The notes under the pieces were generated by a model that was not told the DNA's origin, searched no databases, and saw nothing but the letters and a program-made list of their open reading frames with translations. The translations under genes were made by a program, and so were the position numbers. This document shows positions 63,602 through 64,000 of a stretch of 64,000 bases of DNA, piece after piece; within the stretch, counting starts at the first letter, position 1; every line of letters starts with the position of its first letter. The stretch spans positions 182,206,312 through 182,270,311 of the forward strand of contig CM097886.1 in assembly GCA_044892525.1 (NCBI GenBank). The letters are read 5' to 3'. This DNA comes from Schmidtea polychroa. Its lineage: Eukaryota.

Positions 63602-64000
63602 CTTACAATACAATTATTTTATGCTGAGGGATAATCAGTTTTAAAATAATAATGCATCGTTTGTCTCCAAAGTCTTCTAACAATCAAGGAGCCTTGTAAC
63701 TAATTAAAAGACTAGAATTCCTTTTATTTGTAACCTAAAAAAAACAAAAACCAAGGCATTGCAATTTGAATTTTTATTAGTGGGGTCTAACAAAAATCAT
63801 TATATTCATAAATTTTTATTTTAAATCTCATTATCAGTATTTTTTTAAAAATACATTTAAAAGGTAGTGCCTAAAATTCATGTTAAATATAAAACAAAAT
63901 ATTGATCTACAACAGTGATGTCAAATTTATGGTTTAGTTCCACAAGAAAATTACAAGAATTGATTAAAATTAAACAATAAAGTTTTTTTAATTAAAATAT

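Noticed and set aside
1-64000. tRNA, rRNA or other known ncRNA genes
   Set aside because: None recognised; the only tRNA-related sequence is the 18-nt PBS.

Overview
AT-rich eukaryotic DNA in the standard genetic code with many 40-57 nt GT-AG introns; a planarian-type flatworm is my inference from composition and intron size, not a demonstrated fact. I assembled five spliced genes by hand with consistent intron phases: a prosaposin-like protein with two SapB domains (5' end unresolved), TTC27 (5' end unresolved), PXMP4, a two-pore K+ channel, and a 14-exon SMG8 (906 aa). Intergenic and intronic space is full of mobile DNA: six hAT-type insertions with readable 8-bp TSDs, a Tc1/mariner-type MITE, two decayed hAT transposases, a decayed Gypsy gag-pol, and several LTR-like units, one next to a tRNA-Trp PBS. 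The best candidates for something new are: (1) two short intronless paralogous ORFs with an NLF...F-x2-KYP-x-W-x2-R-x2-YP-x-F block and a C-terminal D-box-like motif, possibly highly diverged Cip/Kip-like cell-cycle regulators; (2) a 202-bp duplication of SMG8 exon 1 that creates a uORF upstream of an NMD factor; (3) an LTR family that seems to carry an antisense membrane-protein ORF; (4) a three-copy hairpin element with a variable inner stem. Protein identifications come from recalled family motifs; no database search was run.
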